Made by a program: the position numbers and the translations under genes
The notes under the pieces: generated by a model
Database searches by the model: none
What the model saw: the letters and a program-made list of their open reading frames with translations, nothing else
What the model was told of the DNA's origin: nothing
NCBI RefSeq assembly: GCF_001194135.2
Contig: NC_068984.1
Coordinates: 176,799 to 240,798 of the forward strand
Direction of reading: 5' to 3'
Length of the DNA: 64,000 nucleotides
DNA from: Octopus bimaculoides
Lineage: Eukaryota
Part shown: positions 1-13,450 of the stretch, piece after piece
How positions within the stretch are numbered: position 1 is the first letter of the stretch
Layout of the letters: the number at the start of each line of letters is the position of its first letter

Positions 1-392
1 CCCTCACTAAATGCTAAACAAAAATTTTCTGTGTATACAGAATCTGAATAGCGAAAAAGAAAATTGGTTGGTGTCATTTGTCGAGGAGAAGTATATGGCT
101 AGAAGCCAGAGTATAGTGGAGATAAACAACTAAGGTTAAAATCTAAAAGATTTATGTCAACCAGATTAGGCTGCCTGTCATGAATACTGAACATTATTCA
201 GCAAAAAAAATCTTACAATGGAATACAATAATTATGTAATAGAGACACCGTATCATTATACAATAAAAATATGTACTATGTTATACAATACATTTCAATG
301 GTCGTACTGGGATAGGTACAATGTAGTCAACATTTATATAAGTTACTAAACAAGATCTAAACTGAAATTTCCAGTCATGTAAAATTGTGAAG

Positions 393-620
393 ATCATCAT
401 TATTGTTTAATGTGCGTTTTCCATGCTGGTAGAGGATGGACAGTTTCACAGAAGCTGGCCAGCCAAAGTGCTGTCCAGACTCCAATTGTCTGTTGTGACA
501 TGGTTTCTATGGCTGGATGCCCTTCCTAACACCAACCACTTTATAGTGTGCTCGGTGCTTTTTATGTGCCACGAGCTTGTGTGTGTTTACACAGCACTGG
601 CACAAGTGCATATAAGAATG
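393..620 (-). mobile_element. RTE tail fragment, one of about 28 copies. Others (approximate starts): 5385-, 16568+, 17440+, 17935+, 21075+, 22420-, 27110-, 29980-, 33808-, 34480+, 35728+, 41242-, 42400+, 46455+, 47553-, 48290-, 57530-, 61165+
   Basis: Shared GAGTGGTTGGCGTTAGGAAGGGCATCCAGC core and CATGGAAA..GACGTTAAA(TGA)n end. Coordinates are approximate. Confidence 0.8.
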
Positions 621-1447
621 CACTGATACCTGTGAGGGACGAGCCTGTATGTATGAACGATGGCAATTTTACTTACCTTGATGCATCTTCTCAAGTACAG
701 CAAATCACAACTTCTAGTCCTTTATTTCCTCAAAGAGGCCCAGCGTCTGACCATCCTTTCTCATCACTTCTCAAGTCTACCCCTTCCACAGATCAAAGAC
801 ACTTAAGAGCCTCATGAAGAAACACCGACAAGAATCTATTATATTCAATAACATACAGATGCACCCCAATTCTAGAAACACATTCAGGAATAAAGGTTTT
901 AGTGCAGAAAATCTTATAGTAGGCTCAACTTAGTTTTTTCTCATTTCAAAAATATCACCTGGATCTTATATACTGTCATATGCCATCAAATATGGTAATT
1001 ATAATTCACACGTTCTTGTTGAAGAACTGGATGAATTTCCTTATCCCCAACCGAGGTCACCTTTGCCCCACTGTCATTACCTTTTAAAATCTGAGTCAAG
1101 TCAAAGAATTTCCATATTTTCCCACTTATATCAGAAAGATCCCAAAAACCTAACAAATCCCTAGAATGTAATAATACCAAAACTTGTTGGTTCCTTTAAC
1201 CAATTGTGGGAGTTGATGATGACCAACAGGTTGGAGTACAAGAGATTATCATGTAAGGTTGGATCGTTCCAGTAAAGGATTGCTCAATTCTTGAAAGGAG
1301 ATAATGTGCAAGCAGTGTACTGAAGCAAGATTTAGGTTTTATAAGGATTTAGCAACTGTTAGATGTTGGCTCTGAAAAGGAAATACAATTATCTATTGAT
1401 AGTATAAATCACAAATTTGGAACCAGTGTGTTACATACTGAAGCTAT

Positions 1448-4166
1448 CAGAACTGGGTGCAAGTCTGTTAATCCATTAATCATTAATTAACAATGTTAAC
1501 ATTTGTGTTAACGATTTAACTTTTAAGTCAAGTTTGAAAATCATTATTGGACTAATCAAATTCCGTTAACTCACATCAGTTGACCCAAAACTCATCTACT
1601 ACAGCCCCTTGGTTGATGCAGTTTTGGCAGGCATCAACAAAAGATTTGCGACCCTCCTGGACGATGAAGAATACCAACTGGCTGCTGCCTTCCACCCCAG
1701 GTTTCACCTCGTCTGGTTGGATAGGTATGATAGTGAGGAGAAGCATGGAGGATAAGGTTGAAGAGGCCATGAGGCAGCAGTCTGAGGAAGTGAGCAGTAA
1801 CAATGAGGACTTCTTCAGTGCATTACCCAACAAAAAGAGAGCAGAAGCTACAAGTCACTGAAGGACAAGGCCCAGAATTTAGTAAAGACCTGGTTGGAGA
1901 CCAACTCCAAAGATCTACCAACAGATTCTGCCTTCTTGAGTGAGCAAATGTTGGTGGACTTGTTCATCAAGTTCAACACAGCCATTCCTTCCAGTGTTGC
2001 AATTGAACATTTATTTTCCATGGGTATGGACAACTTGAGTGCCAAGAGAACGTCTTTGCCCGATGAAAATTTTACTATGTTAATTTTCATGAAGGGCAAC
2101 ATGGATCTCATCAACAAAATGAAGAGGAAAAACTCAATTATGTATATATCGTGTTTTTCATTTATTTTTTTTACAGCCACTTTATCAAATTCTTTTCAGT
2201 TTAATACTAACATTGTTTCATTTGAGTTTTTTTACTATTTTCTGGCTCTAAAAGCCTTGGGCCAAAACTATGACAGCCCCCCCCCTTTTTTTTTAGTTAA
2301 AAAGCGGGGAGGGGGGTCTAAAGCCCTCAAAAAGGGGGAAAAAAAAAAAAAAAAAAAAAAAAGCTGATTTTATAGCTTTGGCAGTTTTTAACCCTTTTAG
2401 CGTTTAAACCAGCCAAAACCCATTGTATCTGATTTCTCTATGAAATCTTAAAAATATAAATCACGTTAGTGAATTCTCATAGCTTTGAGATAATGAGGGC
2501 TTTTCTTTCGGAAAGCAGAGAACTGGGAGAAAAGCAAAATTAACTGAGGTTGATGTCAGAAAATATTGATTTCCATAAAGTGAAAAAATAAACGGAAGGA
2601 AAAAAGTTGGTAAATATTTCAATGTGAATGCAAATAGCTGTTAAGTGATAGCAGGGCATGCTAGAAATAGCAGCCAAAGCTTTCCTTTTCTGGAAAAAGA
2701 AGCTGTTTACGCATGATTTCAATGTCACATTCATTGAAAGCATGCATAAGAACCTGGAAAAGAGAAAAAGACCTGTAAAACAAAAACTCCCTTAGTGGGA
2801 AACTGAGGTCCCCACCACACCTTCCACCTTTCTTTTCTGGGGGAAAAAAAAAGTGGCCTGCAGCAGGTTTGGTGGTCGGATATGTTGAATGCACCTGTAA
2901 AAAAAACTGGAAAGAAAAATTCCACACCAAGTTACAAAATATTTACCCAACGAATAAAATTTTATACCGGTCATACCTGTATTTTAATTTAAATTAATGT
3001 ACCTCATCTTGAAAAGTGGCAAAATTTTTGTCAGTTGCCATCTGAGATCATTTTGGTAACAAATCAAATAGGTAACATGCACTAAGGATTTCAATTTTAG
3101 TGTTTATCCATGTTATAGCTTTTACACCTGTTATTGAACTTTACCTGCCCCTAAAGGTCAAATTTACTCGGCAAGATCAGCTAAAATTACATAAACCAGT
3201 GGTGTATAAAGTACCCACTGATAAAATTTCAAACCTGTATGTAAAAGATTTACAAAGTTACAAGCAAATATTGTAGACAGCCCTCTTGAATTCAAAATAA
3301 TGTGAACAAATAAGCATTACATTTGACAGATTAATATGAACACGAAAACTGTCGTTAGGTGTTTTCTTCTTACATAACATGGCCTCACTCGGTTGGGACT
3401 ACGTGTGTGTTACTTTGACATCATTCCATAAAATTTGTTTATGGGGAGAAAAATATCAATAGATGTGCAAGTGAGAAAGTGGGAGGTTTTGGGATGTGCT
3501 AGGAACAACAGCCAGATCTCCCTTAAATCACACATTTTCCACTGAAATTAATTTCTTTTTAANNNNNNNNNNNNNNNNNNNNNNNNNNNNNNNNNNNNNN
3601 NNNNNNNNNNNNNNNNNNNNNNNNNNNNNNNNNNNNNNNNNNNNNNNNNNNNNNNNNNNNNNNNNNNNNNNNNNNNNNNNNNNNNNNNNNNNNNNNNNNN
3701 NNNNNNNNNNNNNNNNNNNNNNNNNNNNNNNNNNNNNATTTTGCCTACAAATTTCTTTGTAATAGTAATCTACACCGTTTGAAAGTTATTTGTATAAAAT
3801 TTCATTAAAAATACCTATTTTCCAAAAAGTTGAGGGGGAAAACGTCGGGTCCTGTGAATTTTCCGAAACTCCTCTACCCAAACCTTTGGAAAAGTATTTC
3901 CAAGAAATCTTTACATAAATAACCTACAGGATATAAGTGATGTTTCGGTGAAAGCTTCGTTCAAAAGCATCCATTTTTCTCGAATTTACGAGGCAACAAA
4001 ATCGATGGGGTATTAAACTGTAGTTATGCCTTTTTCAATAAAAAAGGCAATGTTAACTTCCATTACACTTACAAAGACTTAACGAATTAATCAATGAAGT
4101 TAACTTTTTGGTCAACAGATTAATGATTAACAAAGTTAACTTTTCGATTAACAGTGTCCACCTCTG
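1448..4166 (+). mobile_element. Internally deleted hAT DNA transposon with C-terminal transposase remnant
   Basis: Identical 8-bp TSD GAAGCTAT at 1440-1447 and 4167-4174. Imperfect TIRs (CAGA...CTGTTAATC / GATTAACAG...CTCTG) and GTTAAC-rich subtermini. Contains nested repeats and an N gap. Confidence 0.85.
1620..2130 (+). pseudogene. hAT transposase C-terminal dimerisation-domain fragment
   Basis: Translates to AAAFHPRF...LFIKFNTAIPSSVAIEHLFSMG...KRTSLPDENFTMLIFMKGN, with frameshifts. Confidence 0.85.
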
Positions 4167-6500
4167 GAAGCTATGGCAAGACCTTTAGAAATCTTGAATT
4201 CTTAGTGCACCACAATGATGCATGCTAGTTCTCCTTAGAAAGAAATTGCATGTGGCCATTTCTAAAACAGTTAAAATATACATTAATATTTGAAGTTTTG
4301 GAATAAGCATATTATATTTTCTCCAATTTTAGAAAATATTTGAGATTTCATCCTCCAATAGTAATTTATGTCTAAAACTATTCACAGAAATTGCTATATT
4401 TTAGGATGGTCATTTTTCTTTTTTTTAGTCAAACACATGCAGTACATATTCATTCTTCACTTGTTTATTATTGTTCTTATTTTATGCCTATTGTTTGAAA
4501 ATCTTTTGTCAACACACCTGTGACCTCTTCAGTGATTTTCCATCCCAAGTCTGTTCTGTTTAGTCCATTCCATCTTTCTATGGCGCGTAAACAACAGGCG
4601 ACATGGGATGGGAAGTTGCTGAAGAGGTCACAGGTGTGTGATGAAAGATTTCCAGACAACGGACATAAAATAATAAACAAGTGAAGAACAAATATACAGT
4701 GTGTGTATTTGACATAAAAAAAAAAAAAAGTCATCCCAAAATATAACCCCCCAACAAACGATTTCACAAAAGGAATCTTGCAAAACAAATGCATAAATGA
4801 GATTCAGAGAGTAAGTTTTGACAATCTGAATGAAAACAATTATGATTGGTTAATTGCCTAAAAAAAGAATGGGTTGAAAAAATTTGAAATTTTGTTTGCA
4901 GAATCTTGAAAATCTACACGCTACATAATGAGTGTATATTTCTAAAAGTTGGTCATTCATACCACACTTTTAGAAAGCTGATGGTAGAACATTTTGCTTT
5001 CCTTCAGTATCGAGAATCGGGAGAGAGTTAAAAATTTACTTGTTCAAATAAGTTCAATATGATATTCTCTGAATTTTAATTTCATATTTTCTGATAATTT
5101 TCAGTCAGAAAACGTAAAAAGTTAAGTTCTATGGAGAAATGATTTTAGTTTTTTTTTTAACCCCAGAGAAATGATAAACTGACCTAGGAAATATTTGGAC
5201 ACAAATTGTAGTACTTCAGTTAGTAGCAAATCTCGAGATAAGTGCAATTATAATTGGGTGGATTAAACGGAATATGGGCACTTGTGATGTCACCATCAGA
5301 AAGTCAATTAAAATGAAGCCAACACGGAAGTTTTTTAGTCCCATGCACACACACGTTTTTGTATGTATGTTTGTGTGTGTGTGTCATCAGTTAACATCCA
5401 TTGTCCATACTGGGATGAGTTGGACAGTTTGACCAGGGCTGATAAGCTGGAAGGCTGCACCAGACTCCAGACTGATTTGGCATGGATTTTTTTTATGGCT
5501 GGATGCCCTTCCTAACACCAACCACTCGGACTGTAATGGGTGTCATTTGTGTGACATCAATATCTCCCACGATTTTATAAATATATATATATATGGGTGT
5601 GTGTGTGTGTAAATGGGTGATTTTGTATACATTGTGGGTACATGTGTGTGCGTGTGTGTATATACATATATATAAATGGGGGAGGGTTGTATGTACGTTT
5701 GTATACATTTATGTATTTGTCTGTCTAGCTATCTATGCACACACATACACATGTGTATATGTATACGTGTATGTGTGTGGTTATATGCATACAAAAAAAG
5801 ATGTATGCATATGTATGTACGTGTGACTGTCTACAAATACATAGAGCTGAACACGGTGCGCGAAAAGTAAATATAATTTTTTTATGGAAATTAACGAATA
5901 ATCATATGGTTCAATACAATGAAATTTTGACGTTTCTGAGGGTTATAACGAAAGAAAGCCAAAAAAATTATACAATTATTTAAATTTTAAATATTAACAT
6001 TAACTGTTAGCAAATTCAAGCTGGTTTTTAATCACATTTTTATAACTTTCTGTATGCTAATTTTTGATTTTTAATTAGTAATTGTAGAATTATAAACTTT
6101 ATACATTAATGGGTTAAGAGTTCAGCCACCATGCAAATGACACAGAAAATACAGATTCGTCTCTTCAACCGAAAATTTACTTCTTACAGGATTTAGAAAT
6201 GAATATTTAACGAAAACACCAAAGGTTATAAATATTTCGAATAACTTTCTCGGATTTGTTATTGTATAAATTTAAATGTCAAAATGCGAATATTTTGTTG
6301 CCATCAATACAGGGCTTTTAGAAAGCTTCGTATTTTAATTTCAAACACAAATTTATTGTGTATATATTATATATATGTATATAAATATAAATACGTCAAA
6401 ATACGAATACAATAAATGAGAAAAATATTACGAACCTTGTCGAATTGATAGAGTGTTGGCGGTAGAATGGTTTACTCGGTAAGAGTAAGGTTTACTTTAC

Positions 6501-6713
6501 ATCTTTTCGGTAAATAAAGGCAGGGGCCCAGGGTGGTGGTGGACAAGTGGAATTGTTAAAAGGTCTGACGGGATTCTGTGGTTTCTTAAAAGTTCCGAGT
6601 TCAAAATCCGTAGAAGGAAAACGGCCACGAAGGGGGGAAATTATTTTTATATATAACAACACCAACAAAAAAGTGTATAAAGTGATATAATTGCGAAGAC
6701 AAAATTTGAAAAC
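6501..6713 (-). CDS. Candidate exon encoding a type-II membrane protein N-terminus (VFKFCLRNYITLYTFLLVLLYIKIISPLRGRF...PPPPWAPAFIYRKD); gene unidentified
   Basis: Strong poly-T AG acceptor (6715-6714), 71 open codons in phase 0 and a GTAAAG donor at 6500. Encodes a hydrophobic segment followed by a Pro-rich stem with an N-S-T sequon. The DNA is CpG-rich. Confidence 0.45.
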
Positions 6714-7112
6714 CTAAAAAAAAAAAAAAGGATATTTAAAAAAATGTTAATATATTATTAATAGGTAGAAGGATTTTCTTTTAATTTTGTTCTCGGCGGA
6801 CACTTGGGTCAGAAATTACACAAATCTTTCAGCAATAACTAAAACAATCAGATTAACGACAAAATCAAAATAACTACATAACTGTTGTGTAAATGGTTTT
6901 ATTTTGGTATCTATATTAGAATCACTTCCATAAACAGTATAAAAAAAGATTTCAGTGCGTGAATGGCTGTGCAGGATTTTTATAGTGATCCTTTTGAAAA
7001 AGAAAAGAAGAAAAAAGGGACCAGATTTACAGTGACAACCTTGAGAAAGAGGGAAAAATATATAGGGTGGTCACAACAGGGTCCTATCAAAAATAATACA
7101 TAACTAATATAT

Positions 7113-7844
7113 TTAGACATCAGCCAGAACATTGTTATTTGGAGTGTCTATCCAATGTGGTGGCCAAGATTTCTTCACACTGGGTCTCTCCTTCATCATA
7201 TTGTAGTAGGCTGCCAAACACGGATAACGACCTCCCAGCTGCAGGCCAGATCGAACTCCGAACGCAATATATGGGAAAAACATTACATCTGCCATGGTCA
7301 TATCAGCACCGGTGAGAAAGGTCGATTTCAGCTCCTTCATGTAGTTTTCCCAGCGACACAGTTCCGCAGCCAGCTCCTCGTGCCGTTTAGTCAGTAACTC
7401 TTTGTCCGGGTTCGGGTTACCCCACAGATAGTAAATAATATTAGTAACCATCTTCTGCTGAATATTACAAGTTTCATGCATTCTTTGAAGGACCAAGCTT
7501 AGCTGCTTTGCAGAAGATGCAGGTGGGTACAAACAGGTGCCTTTATCTTTGTAGACAATCTCCAGGTATTCACAAGCAGCGAACGACTCGTTGATCACAT
7601 CGTCACCAACTGTCATCGTGGGCAGTTGACCACGAGGATTTAGCTTCATAATCTCTTCACTCTTGTGTTCTTTCTTCTCGAACGACATCAATCTGGAGTT
7701 GTAATTCAACCCCTTTTCTTCTAAAGTAATCATAATTCGCCAACATGGTATGCTACCAGAGCCCCAGAATAACGTGATTTCAGACATCGTCAACTTCGAA
7801 CTGAAGTTCTGCAAAGATTCGCTATCACGTGACACAGATAACAT
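7113..7844 (-). CDS. gstr: Glutathione S-transferase, rho class (plaice GST-A-like); CDS uninterrupted in one exon. Likely start is ATG 7787 (MSEITLFW, 224 aa) or ATG 7844 (243 aa)
   Basis: The ORF has rho-class motifs as I recall them from fish GST-A/rho: LFWGSGSIPCWRIMITLEEK, SFEKKEHKS, LNPRGQLP, INESFAACEYL, TMADVMFFP, YYNMMKERPSVKKSWPPHW. There are no stops or frameshifts. A splice acceptor (tatttgacAG, 7852-7851) lies 6 nt upstream of the first ATG. Confidence 0.95.
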   Translation of the reverse strand: MLSVSRDSESLQNFSSKLTMSEITLFWGSGSIPCWRIMITLEEKGLNYNSRLMSFEKKEHKSEEIMKLNPRGQLPTMTVGDDVINESFAACEYLEIVYKDKGTCLYPPASSAKQLSLVLQRMHETCNIQQKMVTNIIYYLWGNPNPDKELLTKRHEELAAELCRWENYMKELKSTFLTGADMTMADVMFFPYIAFGVRSGLQLGGRYPCLAAYYNMMKERPSVKKSWPPHWIDTPNNNVLADV

Positions 7845-10090
7845 AACTTCCTGTCAAATAATATTTAATTCATTAAAAAGAAGAGGCATTAATTAGTCTT
7901 AAATAGAGAATCCCGGGACACTGAAAGTTTACATAGCAAAAGGGAAGTCAGCTTGTGTTGTAGTATATAAACTGCTGAATAGAAAATTATATCACATATC
8001 TTCGCGTTTTTATTCTCTCAACATATTTTTCACTTCATTACGTTCTGAGTTCAAATCCGCAGTCAACTTTACGTTTCATCATTTCGGGGTCGATTAATTA
8101 AGTACCTATGAAGATTTCACCAACTAACCCCCTCTCCATACACACATTTCTGATTTTGTGTATTTATTAGAAATTATTTGAATGTAAAAAAAAAAAAATT
8201 TAAAGTGCACCTTGCATTTTTAAAAAAGTAAAACTTAAGAATTATGAAAGTTTAGTCTTAGAATAATACTTTTTGCAAGAAATACTGATTTTTAAATCAT
8301 CCAGGTGAACAAAATTAACTTTCAATTAAGAAAACTTTTAAGGTTTTTTTTTTGGTTTTTTTTAAGTTTAAGGTTTGTCAGAGATAAAATAATATTCAGT
8401 TAAAACATTTGCTTCTTTTAATGTCGCTGTTTTATTCTAACTTGTAAATTGTGCAGCAAATGCTTTTTTAATTTTTAAATAAATTTAAATCCCAAACTTG
8501 AACGTCTTTCTGTTTTCCGTGTCAACTAAGAGATTAGGTGACAAAGGTCGAGTACAAAGCCGTTAATCACCAGGTAAACCTAAATACAAATATAATCCCT
8601 TGTGTTTGATCTTTTCGGATGAGAGGTAAGACTGTCTGAACAGCATTATACACACCTGGGTAGAACATATAATGGAACCCCGCACAGCCAACCACAACTT
8701 ACACAGATTAACTTTAGACCCCTAAACAAGTGGGATCTCCAGGCAATCACTTGGTGTGCACATGCTTAAAGATGGCACTAATCAGTGACTGATCAGACCA
8801 TAACAGACAGGAAGGGGAGTAGGCCATAAGTAGAGGGTCACTATTCTGAGAGGGCTTGCTCTCACCGTTACAAAATGAAGGACCTTAAAAAAATTACTCC
8901 TTTTTTATTAATTATTCAAGTTTTATCATTCTGCTTTGTTACTTGTGGGCAGTGATGGAAATGGGCTTAAGAATTAAGGGCTCTTCCAAGGCCTGTGAGG
9001 ATAAAAAAAGGAGGTATTAGATCCCTTTGAGGTGGAAAGTATGAAGATGCAGTTCACTGCATGGCGCTCCCCTTCGTTGCCATCATTTCTTGTAACTATG
9101 TCAGGTGCCTGCATATACCTCATTTAACAATGATTACTGAAGTGTTTAACAAATCGTTAGAAATGAGGACCCATACTTCATATCAATGGAATCTATTGGC
9201 ATCAGGGCTAGAAAATAATGCATTGTGATGTTCATGGCTTTACAAAATGTTGAAGCTGCAAGTTAGGTTTGGTTCATCAGATAATCTGGATAAACTTACC
9301 AGATTAAAATGATATTAATAATTAAGCTCATGTATTCTCCTCAAAGTATTTTTTAATTAGTTTCATTTTCTTTTACCATACTCTTAAGAATGATGGTCTT
9401 TACTTGATTGCACTTAATTATCTTTAATTTAGGTGCAAAATCCATAATTTCGAGTAGAGGAATTTAATCAGTTAAATCAACCTCATTTTATTTTATCCAA
9501 CTTGAGAGGATGAAAAGCAAAAGTTGACCCCAGTGGGATTTGAACTCTCGTTTCTAATTTAAGTACAAAGCCAGTAATTTTGAAGGGAGGGAGATTAGCC
9601 AATGCCCCTAATAAACCTCAGAACTTTACTTTATCGACCTCCGAAAGGATGAACACAAAACATAAAGACCCAGCAGAAATACCATAAAGCTAATTATACC
9701 AACTCACCTAATTATACCAACTTACCACTCTGACTTGAATGTACATAATGAGGAAGAGAAGGGGGAAGGTAGTAATGACAATAGTTGTTGTTTAGCCCAG
9801 TGTCAACTGGGACTGAGCAGACTTATGATCAAGGATATTTCAGTCTTAGATATATATATATGTGTGTGTGTGTGTATGTATATATATGTGTATGTGTATA
9901 TATATATATAAAAGCACCCACTACACTCTTGGAGTGGTTGGCATTAGGAAGGGCATCCAGCTGTAGAAACTCTGCTAAATCAGATTGGAGCCTGGTGTAG
10001 CCATCTGGTTCACCAGTCCTCAGTCAAATCATCCAACCCATGCTAGCATGGAAAGCGGACGTTAAGCGATGATGATGATGATGATGATCA

Positions 10091-11140
10091 ACATCATCAT
10101 CATCGTTTAANNNNNNNNNNNNNNNNNNNNNNNNNNNNNNNNNNNNNNNNNNNNNNNNNNNNNNNNNNNNNNNNNNNNNNNNNNNNNNNNNNNNNNNNNN
10201 NNNNNNNNNNNNNNNNNNNNNNNNNNNNNNNNNNNNNNNNNNNNNNNNNNNNNNNNNNNNNNNNNNNNNNNNNNNNNNNNNNNNNNNNNNNNNNNNNNNN
10301 NNNNNNNNNNNNNNNNNNNNNNNNNNNCTGATTTGGCAGAGTTTCTACAGCTGGATGCCCTTCCTAACGCCAACTACTCCGAGAGTGTAGTGGGTGCTTT
10401 TACGTGCCACTGGCATGAAGGCCAGTCAGGTGGTACTGGCAACGGCCACGCTCAAAATCGTGTATTTTACATGCCACCTGCACAGGAGCCAGTCCAGCGG
10501 CACTGGCAATGGCCTCGCTTGAATGTCTTTACACGTGCCACCGGCACAAGTGCCAGGAAGGCAACGCTGGTAACGATCACGCTCAAATGGTGCTATTTAC
10601 ATGCCACTGGTACGGAAGTCAGACAGCTGCTCTGGCAACGATCACGCTCGGACGGTGCTCTTCACGCTCCACTGGTACAGGTGCCATCAGGATTTCACTT
10701 TCACTTGCCCCAACAAGTCTTTGGAAGCCGAGTTTAGTGTCCAATGAAGGAGACGTTGGCATGGGTGCCACTCATCGAATTTGGTTCGATTTTGATTTCA
10801 CTTGCCTCAACAGGACTTCGCAAGTGGAGTTTAGTGTCCAATGAAGGAAAGGTACGCATAAGTGGGCTGGCTACACCCCTGGCAGAGGCCTTGGATTATG
10901 GTCTCACTTGGCTTGCCGGGTCTTCTCATGCACAGCATATTTCCAAAGGTCTCGGTCACAAGTCATTGCCTCAGTGAGGCCTAATGTTTGAAGGTCATGC
11001 TTCACCACCTCATCCCAGGTCTTCCTGGATCTACCTCTTCCACAGGTTCCTTCAACCGCTAGGGTGTGGCACTTTTTCACACAGCTATCTTCATCCATTC
11101 TCGCCACATGACCATACCAGCACAATCGTCTCTCTTGCAC
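10091..11140 (-). mobile_element. 5'-truncated RTE LINE (gap inside), tail-to-tail with a plus-strand tail at 9912-10090
   Basis: ORF QERRLCWYGHVARMDEDSCVKKC..GRGRSRKTWDEVVKHDL plus the UTR array. Confidence 0.88.
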
Positions 11141-12178
11141 ACCACAACTGATATATATATATATATATATGAAATATATTATATATATGTGTATGTATGT
11201 GTATATACATATGTGTTTGTGTTTGTCCCGTATTCCATGCCATCGCTTCTAACTGATATAGGTTTGATTACATCTCTGTAACTTATCAGTTTGGTAAAAG
11301 AGACCAAGAGAATACATACCTGTCTTTAAAAAAGTACTTTAAAGTACTGGGGGACAATTTGTTCAGCTAAACACTTTAAGGTGGTACCCCAGCATGGACA
11401 TGGTCCAATGATAGAAACAAATGAAGATTTACATCTATTTTATTTGCTACTTTCTCCATCTCTTCTTTCTCCCACTTGTGCTATATCTCACCTTCCAACT
11501 GTTATACTGATCACTGCTTCATTCTTTTCCTTTGCAATGATACTCTTCTCTCCATCTTTCATTGTCTCTACTTTACAGCAATTCAACTACAAACACAAAC
11601 CAATGACAAGGAGAACAATTGACCTATATAGATAAAATTATATTTATATCCTGGAAACCTATATACGCTTCAAACTAGTTTCCGTGGACTCATGGCAGTC
11701 ACCATGGTGCATTTAGAGCTATGAAAATTTTGACACCAAGTAATAAAAATGTTAACAGTCTTCCTGTGTTTTTGAACAGTTAATAAGTGTCTTCCCTGCT
11801 GAAATTGTTTTAGTTTCAGCACAAGGTCTCAGATCTAACCACTTGGAAGACAAATACATCTCAAAAACTAAAGGTTTAATTACTCTAACCACATACAGTT
11901 CTTCAGATCTCTGGGCTCCCCACCATATCCTGTTGCTTCTCTTCTTCAGAGATACGAAAAAAAAATTTATTTTTTGCTTGAGAATTGACTAAACAGATTT
12001 AGATTTCATCGACACAAGGTTTCAAATAGAGAGATATAATTGTATGTTAATTGGATAACTAATTAATACAGCTCAGTGAGAACTTAATATAAATTTAATG
12101 ATGTAGATTTTATCATGCTGGTTACTTCATAAGCAGTTTAGTAAATTATTTATATTTACGTAATGAGAGAGAGAGAGA

Positions 12179-12220
<42 letters not shown>

Positions 12221-12444
12221 AGAAGGGATAAATTATCTTGATGGATACTGTATTACTTGTCAAATTGGTTTAGATGATGCCAGATATCCATAATAGTCTT
12301 TTATATAAGAACTGAAGCTTAGAAAGAAACATTAATCATCATCATCATCATCGTTTAACGTCCGCTTTCCATTGTTTCTAATTATTTCAGTTTTGGATAA
12401 ATGATGAAAGTAAAAATAAAAGAAAAAAATGAATAATTTATTCA

Positions 12445-12600
12445 GGTGTGGCTGCATGGTTAAAAAGTCTGCTACTCAGCCACTTGGTTTTGGGTTCAGT
12501 TCTATTGCATGGCACATCGGGTATGTGTCTTCTCCTATAGCCCTGGGTCAACCAAAGCCAACAACAAAAGATTTGAAACTGAAAGAAGCCTGTAATGTGG
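12445..12600 (+). mobile_element. tRNA-derived SINE with CORE-like TTGGGCAAGTGTCTTCTACTATAG body. Others near 15140-, 15725-, 17095+, 22155+, 35440-, 38760+, 48560-, 48735+, 58300-, 63170-
   Basis: tRNA-like head (GTGGT..AAG..GGTTCAGT), conserved body and AAACTGAAAGAAGCC end before (TA/TG)n. Confidence 0.75.
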
Positions 12601-13299
12601 GTGTGTATTTGCGAGCATGTGTGTGTGTGTGTGTGTTATTGTTTTAACATTGTGTAATACTTGTAAACATGTATTACTGACCAACAGGCAGTATCCTTTG
12701 TTTCCAATCTTCCATGAAAATATAAGAGTTGGTGAAGGAGATCTGGCTGTTGAAGATCTGCTTCAATGAATTCTGTCTGACCCATGTGGGCATGGAGAAG
12801 TGGACTGATGATGATGGTGATGATGATGATGAATTCCCCTTCCCCCCTCTCTCTCCCTCTCCCCTTCTTCCCTCTCTCTCCCTTCTCACTATCTCTCTTA
12901 GAATTTCTTTAGGTTTTTTTTTTAAATTTTCAATGGCTAAATTTGTTTTCATTATTTTTCTACTATAATAATGTTGAAAAAAAACCAAACATTATGAATA
13001 TCTAAAACTCTTTTACTTGTTTTGGTCATTTGACTGCGGCCAAGCTGGGGCACTGCCTTTAGTCAAGCAAATCGACTGCAGGACTTATTCTTTGTAAGCC
13101 TAGTACTTATTCTATTGAACTCTTCAAGGGTTGTTTGTTGCTGGTACAAAAATGTGCTTTCCATCATATTTAAACAGAAAAGTCAAATATGAAAAGTTTC
13201 TTGGTTGGTGGGGGTGGTGGTGGTGGTGGTGGTGGTGGGGGTGCATCCTCCCTATCCTTCTTCTGATTCCATCCCTGTTGCAGTGTAGTTGCAATATTA

Positions 13300-13450
13300 G
13301 TTGCATTCTGATTTCAAATTCCACTGAGGTTGACTTTGCCTTTCATCCTTTTGGGGTCGATAAATTAAGTACCAGTTGTGTATTGAGGTCAATTTAATCG
13401 ACTGCCCCCCCCCCACCAAAAAAATTTCAGGCCTTGTGCCAAGAGTAGAA
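13300..13450 (+). mobile_element. SINE with TTTCATCCTTTCGGGGTCGATAAATTAAGTACC central domain (Meta-domain-like). Others near 8036+, 9430-, 11260+, 13010-, 28548-, 35205-, 58090-
   Basis: The central motif recurs, as does the 3' part CCAGCATGGCCGCAGTC..ATGACTGAAACAAGTAAAAG. Confidence 0.65.

Noticed and set aside
960-1440. Protein-like frames next to the hAT insertion
   Set aside because: Stops occur in all six frames and no family motif is recognisable; probably an old decayed element.
6467-6490. Plus-strand ATG GTT TAC TCG|GTAAGA first exon (MVYS)
   Set aside because: No convincing downstream coding chain; a 36-nt exon at about 8538-8573 gives no recognisable protein. Not excluded, but unsupported.
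6555-6575. AAGGTCTGA resembling RNase P CR-I
   Set aside because: No CR-V (AACCCAATTCAGAC) partner follows. The segment is better explained as the antisense of a candidate exon.
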